NCBI GenBank assembly: GCA_030550585.1
Contig: JAUQPB010000001.1
Span: 416,001-480,000, forward strand
Direction of reading: 5' to 3'
Length of the DNA stretch: 64,000 bases
Origin: Thermoproteota archaeon
GTDB lineage: Archaea > Thermoproteota > Thermoprotei_A > Sulfolobales > Ignisphaeraceae
Shown in pieces: positions 10,292 to 19,731 of this stretch. The notes below the pieces were generated by a model that was given only the letters and a program-made list of their open reading frames with translations, did not search any database and had not been told where the DNA came from. Position numbers and translations under genes: made by a program. Numbering within the stretch: the stretch's first letter is position 1; every line of letters starts with the position of its first letter.

Positions 10292-10530
10292 TTTGTAACC
10301 TCGTTATTAATTTTTCTGTTGCAAACAAAAAAGTGTAGACTATATAAATCCTCACACGTTTACACAAATGCCGATGTAGTTGCTTTGATCATAAGTTTGT
10401 ATTACTTTATCTTCTTTAACATTTCTACGTCCTCAAATTACATTGTTACTTAGCTATACCATATGAAGTGATATTAGGACTAAAGAACATGTGTCGAAAG
10501 GGGGTTATATTGTGTTCGCACAAGGTAATG

Positions 10531-10584
10531 TCAGTTGGGTAAGTTCATATCATTGTGTTCATCAATACGGGGATAACTCATCAT
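10531..10584 (-). ncRNA. Box C/D guide sRNA, predicted 23S rRNA targets
   Basis: Minus strand ATGATGA-gttatccccgta-TTGA...ATGATAT-gaacttacccaa-CTGA. Guides are complementary to conserved 23S CGGGGAUAAC and GGGUAAGUUC. Confidence 0.9.
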
Positions 10585-10643
10585 CTAAATTCCATCAACA
10601 ATTAAAAAGGTCTTTAAATTTTTAGTTTAAGTGGTATCATTAA

Positions 10644-10901
10644 ATGGTTTTAGTAAAGATTGTTGTACAAGCTTACAAGATATTTGATAGAGTAACGATC
10701 ATTGATGTAGCTAATCAGTTATTGAAACTTGATGGTGTTAAGAGCGTTGATATAAAGGTTAATGATGTGGACGCCGAATCTATTCACTTAACAATATCTA
10801 TAGAGGGAATTGACTTAGATTTTGAGAAGATAAGAAGTACATTGGATAGTCTTAATACTGTGATAAGCAGTGTTGATGAGATTATAGCGACTAAGGATTG
10901 A
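10644..10901 (+). CDS. DUF211 family protein
   Basis: LDGVKSVDIKVNDVDAES...IEGIDLDFEKI...ISSVDEI pattern. Confidence 0.8.
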   Translation: MVLVKIVVQAYKIFDRVTIIDVANQLLKLDGVKSVDIKVNDVDAESIHLTISIEGIDLDFEKIRSTLDSLNTVISSVDEIIATKD

Positions 10902-11014
10902 AAATTTAAGTCAATTACTTGGTTTATTTATAATATTATTGTTTCTAGTCTACATGTCCATAACCACATATTAAGCTTTTTACACCGATAACAATCGGCA
11001 GCAGGTGAAGCACA

Positions 11015-11977
11015 TTAGTAAATGTTCTTTGCTCTAGATGCAAAAAGAACAATGCTATATTTTATCAAGTACATACTGGGTTAAGATTATGCAAAAACTG
11101 TTTTATTGAAGATGTTAAGCAAAGAGTTCTAGAACAGATGAACAGATATCAAATGATATTACCTGGAGATAATGTATTGATAGGGGTTTCAGGAGGGAAA
11201 GACAGCTATGTATTATTAAGAATACTAGCTGAAGTCCATAGTACTTCAAAGATTGTTGGTTTAATGATTGAAGAGGGTATCCATGAATATAACAGAGCAG
11301 ATGTGTTTGCTTTCTTGAAAAAGGTGTGCAATGAAATTGGTGTTGACTGTTTAATTACCAGCATCAAGAAAGAGCTTGGCTATAGTGTAGATGATTTCAT
11401 TTCTCTACAAATAGAGAAGTATGGTACACTCAAAATAAGTGCTTGTACATATTGTGGTATTGCAAGGAGAAGAATTTTAAATGCTTACGCCAGAATGCTA
11501 GGTGCAGATAAAGTTGCTACAGGGCATAACCTAGACGATGAGGTTCAAACCTATTTGATAAACATATTGAGAGGCGATATAATGAGACTTGTACAACTAC
11601 ACCCCCTAAGCATGACCCACAGCAAGTTACTTGTGAAAAGGGTTAAGCCACTTAGAACGATATATGAGTATGAAACATCGTTTTTAGCCTACATAGAAAA
11701 TTTCAGATTTCAAGAAACGGAATGCCCATACATTTTAGAGAGACCTACACTAAGATCAAGGATTCGGGAAATGATTAAAGAATTAGAAAGAAGTTATCCT
11801 GACATCCAAATTAGGTTTTTGAGATATATAGACAACATTTTAGAGCCTTTCGTTAAATCAAGCAATGAGAATTTTGTGAATCTACCCCTATGCTCCCAAT
11901 GTGGAGAGCCTACTGCACCAGGCAGAAGCATTTGCAAATTCTGTGAGTTGGTAAACAGCATTGTATTAAATAAGTAG
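11015..11977 (+). CDS. ttuA: tRNA 2-thiolation protein TtuA/Ncs6 (TIGR00269); N-terminal Zn finger lies upstream of the called ATG
   Basis: PP-loop GVSGGKDS, CTYC, TGHNLDDE, C-terminal CSQC..CKFC. In-frame CSRC...CKNC at about 11030-11101. Start codon uncertain. Confidence 0.85.
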   Translation, partial: LVNVLCSRCKKNNAIFYQVHTGLRLCKNCFIEDVKQRVLEQMNRYQMILPGDNVLIGVSGGKDSYVLLRILAEVHSTSKIVGLMIEEGIHEYNRADVFAFLKKVCNEIGVDCLITSIKKELGYSVDDFISLQIEKYGTLKISACTYCGIARRRILNAYARMLGADKVATGHNLDDEVQTYLINILRGDIMRLVQLHPLSMTHSKLLVKRVKPLRTIYEYETSFLAYIENFRFQETECPYILERPTLRSRIREMIKELERSYPDIQIRFLRYIDNILEPFVKSSNENFVNLPLCSQCGEPTAPGRSICKFCELVNSIVLNK

Positions 11978-12099
11978 TGAATTGCACAATACGGATATCG
12001 CACCTTCTGTCAAAAGCTATTTGAAGACTGTATTAAGAGATATAACATTATGAATTAAAGCATTTAAAGTGTTATTTTATAAAACTGTTATAGTAGTGG

Positions 12100-13098
12100 T
12101 TGCACATTATGAGGATTAAAATAGAGGAAGAAATGCCGAAAGCAACCTTCGCCATAAATAATTTGATTGAGGACTACTCATTTCAGGGGCGTGAAACCCA
12201 AGTTGTTTCCAAGATCGCATTTCCCCAATACAAACCATTAAAGGGGTATCTAATTATAGCAGTTTCAAGTAACGATAGAATTAATGACATTATAAAATGG
12301 AAAGTATCATTAAATAACATTGCACTCACACGAGAATTTAGACCACATATAGATGTAAAAATAGATGAAAAAACCTATCAAGCAGTATTTGCATATGAAA
12401 TCTCAAAAATACTATCATCAACGGATTTGACATTGAAGATAAGCTATGAGGGTAAAGACAAAATAAAAATAGATACCGCGTCACTTCTAACGTTTCATCA
12501 GTACGACGACGACAATGTCTACGTCTCATGTATAAGTGAAGTTGTTCAATTAAATGACTATGAAATGATATTACCAACAGTTAACAATAAAGACTATAAA
12601 GAATCAACTATTTACATGGGTGTCACAGCTCAAAAGCCATCGACTCTCCTCATAAATGCTAACAATAGTAATGACAGTAATACATTTATATTAAGAGAAG
12701 GTTTCAACTTAATTGAAGCTAGTCTAAGTAGATATAGAACAGCTGATAGGATCACGCTAAAATGTGATGATCAATCAGCAAGACATTTGTTTAGATGTGT
12801 AACATATTCATCCATAAGTTATCCCAATTTAGAGCTAGAACATCGCAGAATTGATAACAGCAATATAGATTTGGTAATAAAAAACATAGGTGTTGCAAAA
12901 GCTGATCATATTGAATTAATTATATTGAGAAGCGGATTACCAATACAAAAATTTGTTGTAGGACCTATGGAAGCAAATGAAGAGAGAAATGTAAGGTTGT
13001 CATTACCGATGTTCAACGACATCAACAAGAAAATGACTATAAGAGTTATATGGAGAAAAGCATTAAGAACGTTTGTAAAAGACTATCAAATTACCTAG
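12100..13098 (+). CDS. Hypothetical beta-rich protein with C-terminal Ig/CARDB-like domain
   Basis: 332 aa; LVIKNIGVAKA...GPMEANEERNV resembles CARDB. Confidence 0.7.
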   Translation: MHIMRIKIEEEMPKATFAINNLIEDYSFQGRETQVVSKIAFPQYKPLKGYLIIAVSSNDRINDIIKWKVSLNNIALTREFRPHIDVKIDEKTYQAVFAYEISKILSSTDLTLKISYEGKDKIKIDTASLLTFHQYDDDNVYVSCISEVVQLNDYEMILPTVNNKDYKESTIYMGVTAQKPSTLLINANNSNDSNTFILREGFNLIEASLSRYRTADRITLKCDDQSARHLFRCVTYSSISYPNLELEHRRIDNSNIDLVIKNIGVAKADHIELIILRSGLPIQKFVVGPMEANEERNVRLSLPMFNDINKKMTIRVIWRKALRTFVKDYQIT

Positions 13099-13146
13099 TT
13101 GTACCTTTGTTCATTAGCTACATTATTCTTTTCCGACTTGTTTGCA

Positions 13147-13458
13147 TCATTGCTGAGTAGCTGTAGCTATAAATATTCTTGCTGGTTTTGCCTTTTTTGC
13201 ATTGACGAGCTCCTTTACCTGTTCTAAAAACCTCTTTAGATTTTCAACATTCTCCTTGTAAACGCTTTTTCTTCTCGGATCTATAGGTATATTGAGTTGT
13301 TTAGCTATTTTGCAATTTACTCCAGCTTCTTTTAGTTCTCCTAGGCTATATCCTTTCCCAATTTTGAATCCAACTTCAATTCCTCTGTATTTCACCAACG
13401 ATACTCTTTTAACCTTTGGTGGCGGAATCTCAATCGTGATACAACATTCTGTTGCCAT
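13147..13458 (-). CDS. rpl13e: 50S ribosomal protein L13e
   Basis: GKGYSLGELKEAG...IPIDPRRKSVYKENVENL. Confidence 0.95.
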   Translation of the reverse strand: MATECCITIEIPPPKVKRVSLVKYRGIEVGFKIGKGYSLGELKEAGVNCKIAKQLNIPIDPRRKSVYKENVENLKRFLEQVKELVNAKKAKPARIFIATATQQ

Positions 13459-13505
13459 GTTATATAGACCCCTTTCTAAAACACCATCATTATATTACGT
13501 GGGAT

Positions 13506-13994
13506 TTATAAGCTATTCTCAGACACAGATTTTGAATTCATGAATTTGTCCAATCCTATTGAGAGCTTTCTTGAGAGATAGGTAAAAAGATCTTCAGCGC
13601 TTTCTATAACCTCCTTCCCAATTCTAATATTTTTATTCGATATAGTTTCACTTGCTATAATCTTGTTCAGTTCTATGACCCTCCATGTCTTTAATGAGTC
13701 TATCCTTATTGCAAGCAAAGGTTCTCCACCAGCTCTTCTCGCAAATTCAATAATTTTAAGAACCTGCTTAGACTCTACGTAGATAGTTTTCAATTCCTTT
13801 CTTCTTTTGACCTCAAAAACAAATATCTTAGAATCTTTTAACGCAACTAGATCTGGATATACCCCCCTCTTTATTTTAGCTCCACTAGCAGGTCCTCTGA
13901 TAACAGCAAAGCCCATTTTCCACAATTTCCTGACCAGCTCACGCTCTGCACTAGCCCCACTACTTTTAATTCTTTTCGTATTTGCATCAGACAT
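13506..13994 (-). CDS. hjc: Holliday junction resolvase Hjc
   Basis: GASAEREL...GFAVIRGPASG...PDLVA...FEVK (PD-(D/E)xK). Confidence 0.95.
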   Translation of the reverse strand: MSDANTKRIKSSGASAERELVRKLWKMGFAVIRGPASGAKIKRGVYPDLVALKDSKIFVFEVKRRKELKTIYVESKQVLKIIEFARRAGGEPLLAIRIDSLKTWRVIELNKIIASETISNKNIRIGKEVIESAEDLFTYLSRKLSIGLDKFMNSKSVSENSL

Positions 13995-14016
13995 GGCACT
14001 AACTCTGCGCCCTTGT

Positions 14017-15570
14017 TTACGAAATCTTCAAGTCTATTTCAAAGCCCATTTTATCTAATTTCTTCCTTATTTTTCTCAGTATTTTTAAGGTGTTGGAGTT
14101 GTAGAATGCTCTGGGGATAGACACCGTAACTGTTTTACCACTTACATCGACGTTGGCATAGGGCATGAGCCTTCTCACAACATTTAATGCTCTTTCAGCT
14201 ATCATTTCACCATGTATTTTCCTGACAGGAACCACAACTGTTTGTTCTCCAAAAACGTATATCTCGTATTCAAGCTCATTTGTCAGGAAATCTCTAACCT
14301 CAACGACAGGTCTAGCCAGATCTGCTTCCCTTAAGCCTGTTGGCAACCTCACTGTAAGCGATAGTTCGTACACCTTTGAAACTCGTCCTCTATCTATGAA
14401 TATTACAGTGTCTATTATACTTGGTATCATACCTATGTCAACACGTCTAATAAACCTCTGTATAGCGTCTATTGGCGATGTTGCATGAACAACTCCTATC
14501 ATACCTATTCCCGCCAATCTTAGATCTGTATATATAGCGAAGTCCTCATCATCTCTCATCTCATCAAAGACCGTATAGTCTGGTCTGCTTAGCAAGAGTA
14601 TATCGTGGAGATCTCTTGAAGAAGCATAGTGCTTTGAATATTGTGCTACAGTTGGTGGCAACCTCATATCTCTTGGAGACTCAATTGTTTTCACAATTTT
14701 TCCCATCCTAGCATAGTATTCTGCCAGAGCTTGCGCAAAGGTTGTTTTTCCCATACCAGGTGCTCCTGCAATCAGTATGCCCTCCGCCTTCTCATTTAGC
14801 CTCTTAACAAGTTTTTCAGGTAAATTATAGTCCTCTAGCCTCAGCTTTACAATAGGCCTAGTAATTGTTATTTCGTATGCCAATGATACAGGCGGTGCCA
14901 CAATCACTATCCTATAATCCTTTAACTGAATCAGCATAATTCCTTGTCGCTCGGTCTCAATGATCCCCTCCCCACTTCTAGCCCTCCTAACTATATCCTC
15001 AACAAGCATCTCAGCTTCAGCCTTAGTTACAGGAGCATCACTGACTGGAACAAGCCTCCAATCACCAGGTCTTCCTTTCTTAGCTGTAATAGGCGCTCCT
15101 TCTTTTATATGCAAACTCAGCGTTTCTTCATCTATATATTTTTCAAACCACAATCCCTCACCATCTTTATCCTCTATAATCAACACATCTATGCCCATTG
15201 CTTTGCAAACTAATTGCTGTAGAGAATCCTTAGTGATGACCTTGCCACCTAGCTTCTTCGCCAAATCTCTTACCACACCATTTACAATATCTACACCAAG
15301 TTCCTTTATCTCTCTAGACCCTCCCTCAACAATCTCTATGACTGTTCCTATCTCCTCCACATCATAATTCCTCACCTCAGCCAACTCCTGCAAACCAATA
15401 TACCCAATAGCACTACCGTTCCTGGCCATAGCTTCAAGATATGTTATAAGTTCTTTGGGTATAACAATCCTTCCTCTAACCAAACCTCTCCTCACTATTT
15501 TAGATAAACTCCTCGTGATAATAACTGATACATCAGGAATATACACATCCTCAAAAGCTATTTTGACCAT
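14017..15570 (-). CDS. PIN-domain ATPase PINA (PIN + ATPase + KH)
   Basis: N-terminal PIN, Walker A GAPGMGKTT, DEMR, GVVHATSPIDA; adjacent to hjc. Confidence 0.9.
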   Translation of the reverse strand: MVKIAFEDVYIPDVSVIITRSLSKIVRRGLVRGRIVIPKELITYLEAMARNGSAIGYIGLQELAEVRNYDVEEIGTVIEIVEGGSREIKELGVDIVNGVVRDLAKKLGGKVITKDSLQQLVCKAMGIDVLIIEDKDGEGLWFEKYIDEETLSLHIKEGAPITAKKGRPGDWRLVPVSDAPVTKAEAEMLVEDIVRRARSGEGIIETERQGIMLIQLKDYRIVIVAPPVSLAYEITITRPIVKLRLEDYNLPEKLVKRLNEKAEGILIAGAPGMGKTTFAQALAEYYARMGKIVKTIESPRDMRLPPTVAQYSKHYASSRDLHDILLLSRPDYTVFDEMRDDEDFAIYTDLRLAGIGMIGVVHATSPIDAIQRFIRRVDIGMIPSIIDTVIFIDRGRVSKVYELSLTVRLPTGLREADLARPVVEVRDFLTNELEYEIYVFGEQTVVVPVRKIHGEMIAERALNVVRRLMPYANVDVSGKTVTVSIPRAFYNSNTLKILRKIRKKLDKMGFEIDLKIS

Positions 15571-15760
15571 GTTCCGTAGACCATATACAATTCCATGACA
15601 ATTACTCTATTATCATCTATACAAGAGTCTTAGAAAGGCTTAAAAATTGATAGTATAAATTCGAATGGTTCTAACACATAACGTAAAATCTTAAGATGAT
15701 ATTCCTCGTAATCCCGATAGCTCGACAATTTATTGTATCCAACAGACCAGCATTACTATT

Positions 15761-16330
15761 TTAAATGCTAAAACCTAGGTTTCTCAGCCTTTCATATATA
15801 TGCTCTGCCTCATCCTCAAAAACCTCAATCGCGCTCTTCATCTTGTTTTTATCAATTTTTATCTCATTCCTTTTCATAAGATCGACTACCAGCGATAGCT
15901 TAGCAAGATCTTGATCCGAGCCTCTTCTTGCCTTCAGCACAATCCAACACTCTTTTGCTAAACATGTAATTTTTTCACCACCTATCTCGTATTCCTGTCT
16001 ACATAGATCTATTAATTCCTGCGGTATGTAGAAATCCATAACATTTTCAAAAAGCTCAACAACCACCTCCTCATCATTTACAGTCATTGATACTGATGGT
16101 GTTCCAAGCACCGTAACACCTGTGCTCCAGCCTCTGTTCTGAGCTATGTCATATATCCTATCAGCTTCTAGCAATGGACTCATAGAGGTTACAAATAGGT
16201 CTATGTCTCCCTCAAATGATTTGTTTCCAAGCTCAATGTTTAAACATGTATCCCCAATTACGATTCCTTCTATGCCCTCCTTGGCTAGCTCCCTAATAGC
16301 CTTTGCAATATGCTTTAATGTATATTGCGT
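15761..16330 (-). CDS. Nucleotidyltransferase-fold protein; catalytic N-terminus lies upstream of the called ATG
   Basis: Frame open upstream of 16183: QYTLKHIAKAIRELAKEGIEGIVIGDT...EGDIDLFV (NTase GD/DxD motif). No canonical in-frame start; ACG at 16330 is the candidate. Confidence 0.75.
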   Translation of the reverse strand, partial: TQYTLKHIAKAIRELAKEGIEGIVIGDTCLNIELGNKSFEGDIDLFVTSMSPLLEADRIYDIAQNRGWSTGVTVLGTPSVSMTVNDEEVVVELFENVMDFYIPQELIDLCRQEYEIGGEKITCLAKECWIVLKARRGSDQDLAKLSLVVDLMKRNEIKIDKNKMKSAIEVFEDEAEHIYERLRNLGFSI

Positions 16331-16345
16331 AAACCATCCCCAACA

Positions 16346-16513
16346 CTACTTCTTCATAGCAACCTGCTTTCTCTTGAACCTAAGGTTAGTACTTCTGCAT
16401 CTTCTGCATCTAGTTGCTGTCGGCGGATTTAAAGCACCACATCTTCGACACACTTTCTTGTTTAAAATCCTCGACTCGACAATCTTCATTAGCTCTGGAT
16501 CTGTAACAGGCAT
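16346..16513 (-). CDS. rpl40e: 50S ribosomal protein L40e (below the ORF-track cutoff)
   Basis: [55 protein letters not shown]. Confidence 0.97.
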   Translation of the reverse strand: MPVTDPELMKIVESRILNKKVCRRCGALNPPTATRCRRCRSTNLRFKRKQVAMKK

Positions 16514-16643
16514 TTTATATGCACTCTCTTACAATTATTCAGGATACTTCATATAAGCTCTAAAATGTTTTAAATTTATAAGCTAAACGTCCAACACATT
16601 ACATAGGAGTAAAACACCAAAACAACTATAGCATTTCAATTGA

Positions 16644-17165
16644 GTGAGTAAAACGATGAGAATACCCCTTGACACAATATGCGTTAAAAGTGGTGTTTTA
16701 TGTCCTAGATGCAGAAGACTAGTAGATAGTGGTACCTATTCACAAAGAGAAGTGGAAATAATGAAGCACCTGCTAGAATTAGAAGAACAGGATCCAAACT
16801 ATAGATTCCTCAAAGATACCACATATGTGAAAAGCTATGAGACAAACTCCATCGTAGTAACAATATTAGAAGCAGATGATTCGATACCACAATCAATGTT
16901 GATAAAGCTTGGGAAAGCACTAAGCGAAAGGATTGGAATGAAGGTACGGGTAATAAGAAAAGCCGATCCAAAAAACCTAATAGCTCAAATAATAGCTCCA
17001 GCAAGAATACATGGTGTCAATAGTGTTTGGACACCTGATGGAGATGTCCAGCACATAATTAGAATATCCAGATATGATGCACGGTTTTTGCCTTTGGAGA
17101 TAAAAGAGTTAGAGCAACTCCTTGCATCCATATTCCACGAAAACTATAGGATCAAAATATTTTAA
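16644..17165 (+). CDS. NusA-like KH-domain protein
   Basis: MRIPLDTICVKSGVLCPRC N-terminus, KVRVI, LIAQIIAPARIHGVN. Confidence 0.8.
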   Translation: MSKTMRIPLDTICVKSGVLCPRCRRLVDSGTYSQREVEIMKHLLELEEQDPNYRFLKDTTYVKSYETNSIVVTILEADDSIPQSMLIKLGKALSERIGMKVRVIRKADPKNLIAQIIAPARIHGVNSVWTPDGDVQHIIRISRYDARFLPLEIKELEQLLASIFHENYRIKIF

Positions 17166-17229
17166 ATTAATACATTGTTTACATCTTTCTAAGACCAACA
17201 ATAGAGACATTCCAATAACGTTATTTTGA

Positions 17230-17303
17230 AGCCGCGGCCGGGATTCGAACCCGGGACCTCCGCCTTACCAGGGCGGCGCTCTACCAGGCTGAGCTACCGC
17301 GGC
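17230..17303 (-). tRNA. tRNA-Thr(GGT)
   Basis: GCCGCGG acceptor, anticodon arm CCGCC-CTGGTAA-GGCGG, GGTTCGAATCC; CCA not encoded. Confidence 0.97.
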
Positions 17304-17471
17304 TTCACTTCAAATCGATATTTTCAGTTTCAGTTATAGTATTTAAATGTTTTTGAGTATAAACACCTCTTTGCTATGAAATAGAACTGCTGAATGCAAT
17401 ATATTGGGCTTACAGTGAGAATGCTAACCAATGAAATTCCTGAAGTAGGTAATGTCCTGTTTATTATTCTT

Positions 17472-17520
17472 TCAGATCAGGCCGACGTCATCATACTTCA
17501 GTATGGAGTGAATTCATCAC
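17472..17520 (-). ncRNA. Box C/D guide sRNA overlapping the 3' end of dph5
   Basis: Minus strand GTGATGA-attcactccata-CTGA-agt-ATGATGA-cgtcggcctgat-CTGA: four consensus boxes and two 12-nt guides. Confidence 0.9.
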
Positions 17521-18376
17521 TATTACAATTGGCTTTACCGAGTAGTGATTTACTTATATTGTCCAGATCTGTTTCGTTTAATGCTGGTTTGTACAACTCT
17601 TTATTGTGTAGTAGTTTTAGGCACTCTTCTTCAACTGGGTGAAGATTTTTTGCAGGTATTATAAGTGTATATAGAGTATTTTCGATAAACTCCTTCTTGA
17701 TTACTTCCTCTGTTTTTAGCACCAGTATTCTTTGCCTGTCACTTAGAGCATCCGCTATTACTACTACAATATCGTTGTTTGATAAAACATCTTCTCCTTG
17801 TCTCTTCTGAATATCTATAAGTGTTTTCACAGCCTCATTAGGCTTCATGTAATATCCGTGCTCTACATCAACCTCTAGTAAAAATAGTGTATGTAGGTTT
17901 TGACTGCGATTATTCTTTAAGACAATAAGTGGATACTCATATACAATACCGTTTTTGCTACTCACAATAGTAGCTATTTTACCAAATTTGTATGCCTGTA
18001 AACATGATATTGAAATCGCTGTATTGAATATTGATGTCGCTGGAGATATATCAATCTCGATGCCTTTTTTAAGTGCTTCAACAACTATAGTATGATGAGT
18101 TGTTGCAATCAGCGGATCTCCAATGACAGCTATACACACATCCTTTTTTGTGGACTCCCCCAAAATAGAGTCTATAGCCTTGCCTTCTAACATATCTCTC
18201 TTAGCAACAACAACCTCTTTTTTTATATTCGATAAAAGCCTTATTAAAATTCCTATGTGAGGAAACCATACACTTGTATAAGAATCCACAATTATTTTAT
18301 CGCACGTCAATAGCTTCTTTAGGTTGCCTAGTGGTATGAAGTCAACTGATAGACCCAAGCCTATGAGCCGAAGCAT
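17498..18376 (-). CDS. dph5: Diphthine synthase
   Basis: LIGLGL, DSYTS, GDPLIATTH, LQAYKFGKIATI, LHTLFLL. Confidence 0.93.
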   Translation of the reverse strand: MLRLIGLGLSVDFIPLGNLKKLLTCDKIIVDSYTSVWFPHIGILIRLLSNIKKEVVVAKRDMLEGKAIDSILGESTKKDVCIAVIGDPLIATTHHTIVVEALKKGIEIDISPATSIFNTAISISCLQAYKFGKIATIVSSKNGIVYEYPLIVLKNNRSQNLHTLFLLEVDVEHGYYMKPNEAVKTLIDIQKRQGEDVLSNNDIVVVIADALSDRQRILVLKTEEVIKKEFIENTLYTLIIPAKNLHPVEEECLKLLHNKELYKPALNETDLDNISKSLLGKANCNSDEFTPY

Positions 18377-19668
18377 TATGTAATCTTGTCCCTCATTATT
18401 TTTGTTGCTATATCCCAGCTACTGGATAGAACATATAAGCGCTTGACATGATATTTTTTTGGAAGCTTTGGAATTATGCTGTTCTCAATGTTAGATATGG
18501 CTACAGATTGTTTGTTGCCCAATATAATCCTTGGAGCAACGTGAGGATCCTCTTCAACAATTCTAATATCATCAACGAACATAGCTATTTCATATGGTTT
18601 AACGTACTTGCTTAACTCATTTATAATACTCTTAAGCTCTTTAACATCATCATCATTTTCTAAATCAAGTATATCATTACTAAACTTCGATTTTTCTACT
18701 ACGATTTTGTATCCTCGTCTGAATAGAAAAGCTTTGATAAGATCTCTGAGTTCTTGAGATGTTAAAGAGTCTTTGTACAGCTTTATTAAAACCCCCATCA
18801 ACCAGTCGTCGTGCCACAACGCTATGTCGCCGTTTTCTATGAGTTTCTTTAAATCATTTGCACTTTTTGGAAGAAGAGCGTCACCATAATTGTTGTAGAG
18901 CATTTCGTATATTCTTCTAAGCAGTGTTTCATATCCAACAACTGTTTTGTGATAGTACACAGTTTTGTACATATGCATTCTAGCGAGATAGAAGTTTTCG
19001 AGTGCATCTATACCCTTGTCTAATATAGCTATGTTCCCATCGCCATCCACAACAAGTGTAGATATTATTCTCTGTAGATCTATTATCCCATATGTTACGC
19101 CGGTGTGTATAGCATCTCTTATTAAATAGTCCATTCTATCAACATCTATGTCACTAGATAGAAGCTGGTTATATATAGGCTCCCTATATCTACCCTCTAT
19201 TATAGCCGTAATTGTTTTTGGATCATAGCCAAAATAGTTGAGAATATCCCTAATCTCGCTTCCAAGTATAATCATCCTAGTAATTTCTTCATGACCCAAT
19301 CCAAGCAAATCTTTATAGAAGGGCTCGATAGCATGACTAAACGGAGTGTGTCCTATGTCGTGGAGAAGCGCAGATAATCTAAGCATCTGAACATCATCAA
19401 ATGAATATATGTAGCCCAGCTCTGCAAGCTTTTCTGCTACCAGCCCCATCAAATGTGTGGCGCCAATGCTGTGACTAAACCTGGTATGGGTTGCACCGGG
19501 ATAGACATACCATGCCACTGCCAATTGTTTTATATATCTAAGCCTCTGAAAATAGGCTGTGTCAACGATTTTGAGCTCCACCTCCGTCAAATCTATATAG
19601 CCGTGAACCTCATCATAGATTTTCTTTGCGCCTACACTATTCATAACCCTGCTTCTATGCTTGTACAA
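18376..19668 (-). CDS. HD-domain phosphohydrolase (SAMHD1/YwfO-like dNTPase family)
   Basis: IYDEVHGYI, FQRLRYIKQL, VYPGATHTRFSHSIG, LLHDIGHTPFSH, DVDRMDYL, YYHKT. Confidence 0.93.
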   Translation of the reverse strand: MYKHRSRVMNSVGAKKIYDEVHGYIDLTEVELKIVDTAYFQRLRYIKQLAVAWYVYPGATHTRFSHSIGATHLMGLVAEKLAELGYIYSFDDVQMLRLSALLHDIGHTPFSHAIEPFYKDLLGLGHEEITRMIILGSEIRDILNYFGYDPKTITAIIEGRYREPIYNQLLSSDIDVDRMDYLIRDAIHTGVTYGIIDLQRIISTLVVDGDGNIAILDKGIDALENFYLARMHMYKTVYYHKTVVGYETLLRRIYEMLYNNYGDALLPKSANDLKKLIENGDIALWHDDWLMGVLIKLYKDSLTSQELRDLIKAFLFRRGYKIVVEKSKFSNDILDLENDDDVKELKSIINELSKYVKPYEIAMFVDDIRIVEEDPHVAPRIILGNKQSVAISNIENSIIPKLPKKYHVKRLYVLSSSWDIATKIMRDKIT

Positions 19669-19731
19669 AACATTGCACCAGCAACTGTAGTACTTAAGTA
19701 TTACTTGTTCTTGCTTAGCCGCTAAGTAAAT

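Noticed and set aside
15690-15750. Possible C/D sRNA (atgatat...ccga...caga)
   Set aside because: The boxes are too degenerate and no guide complement is recognisable.
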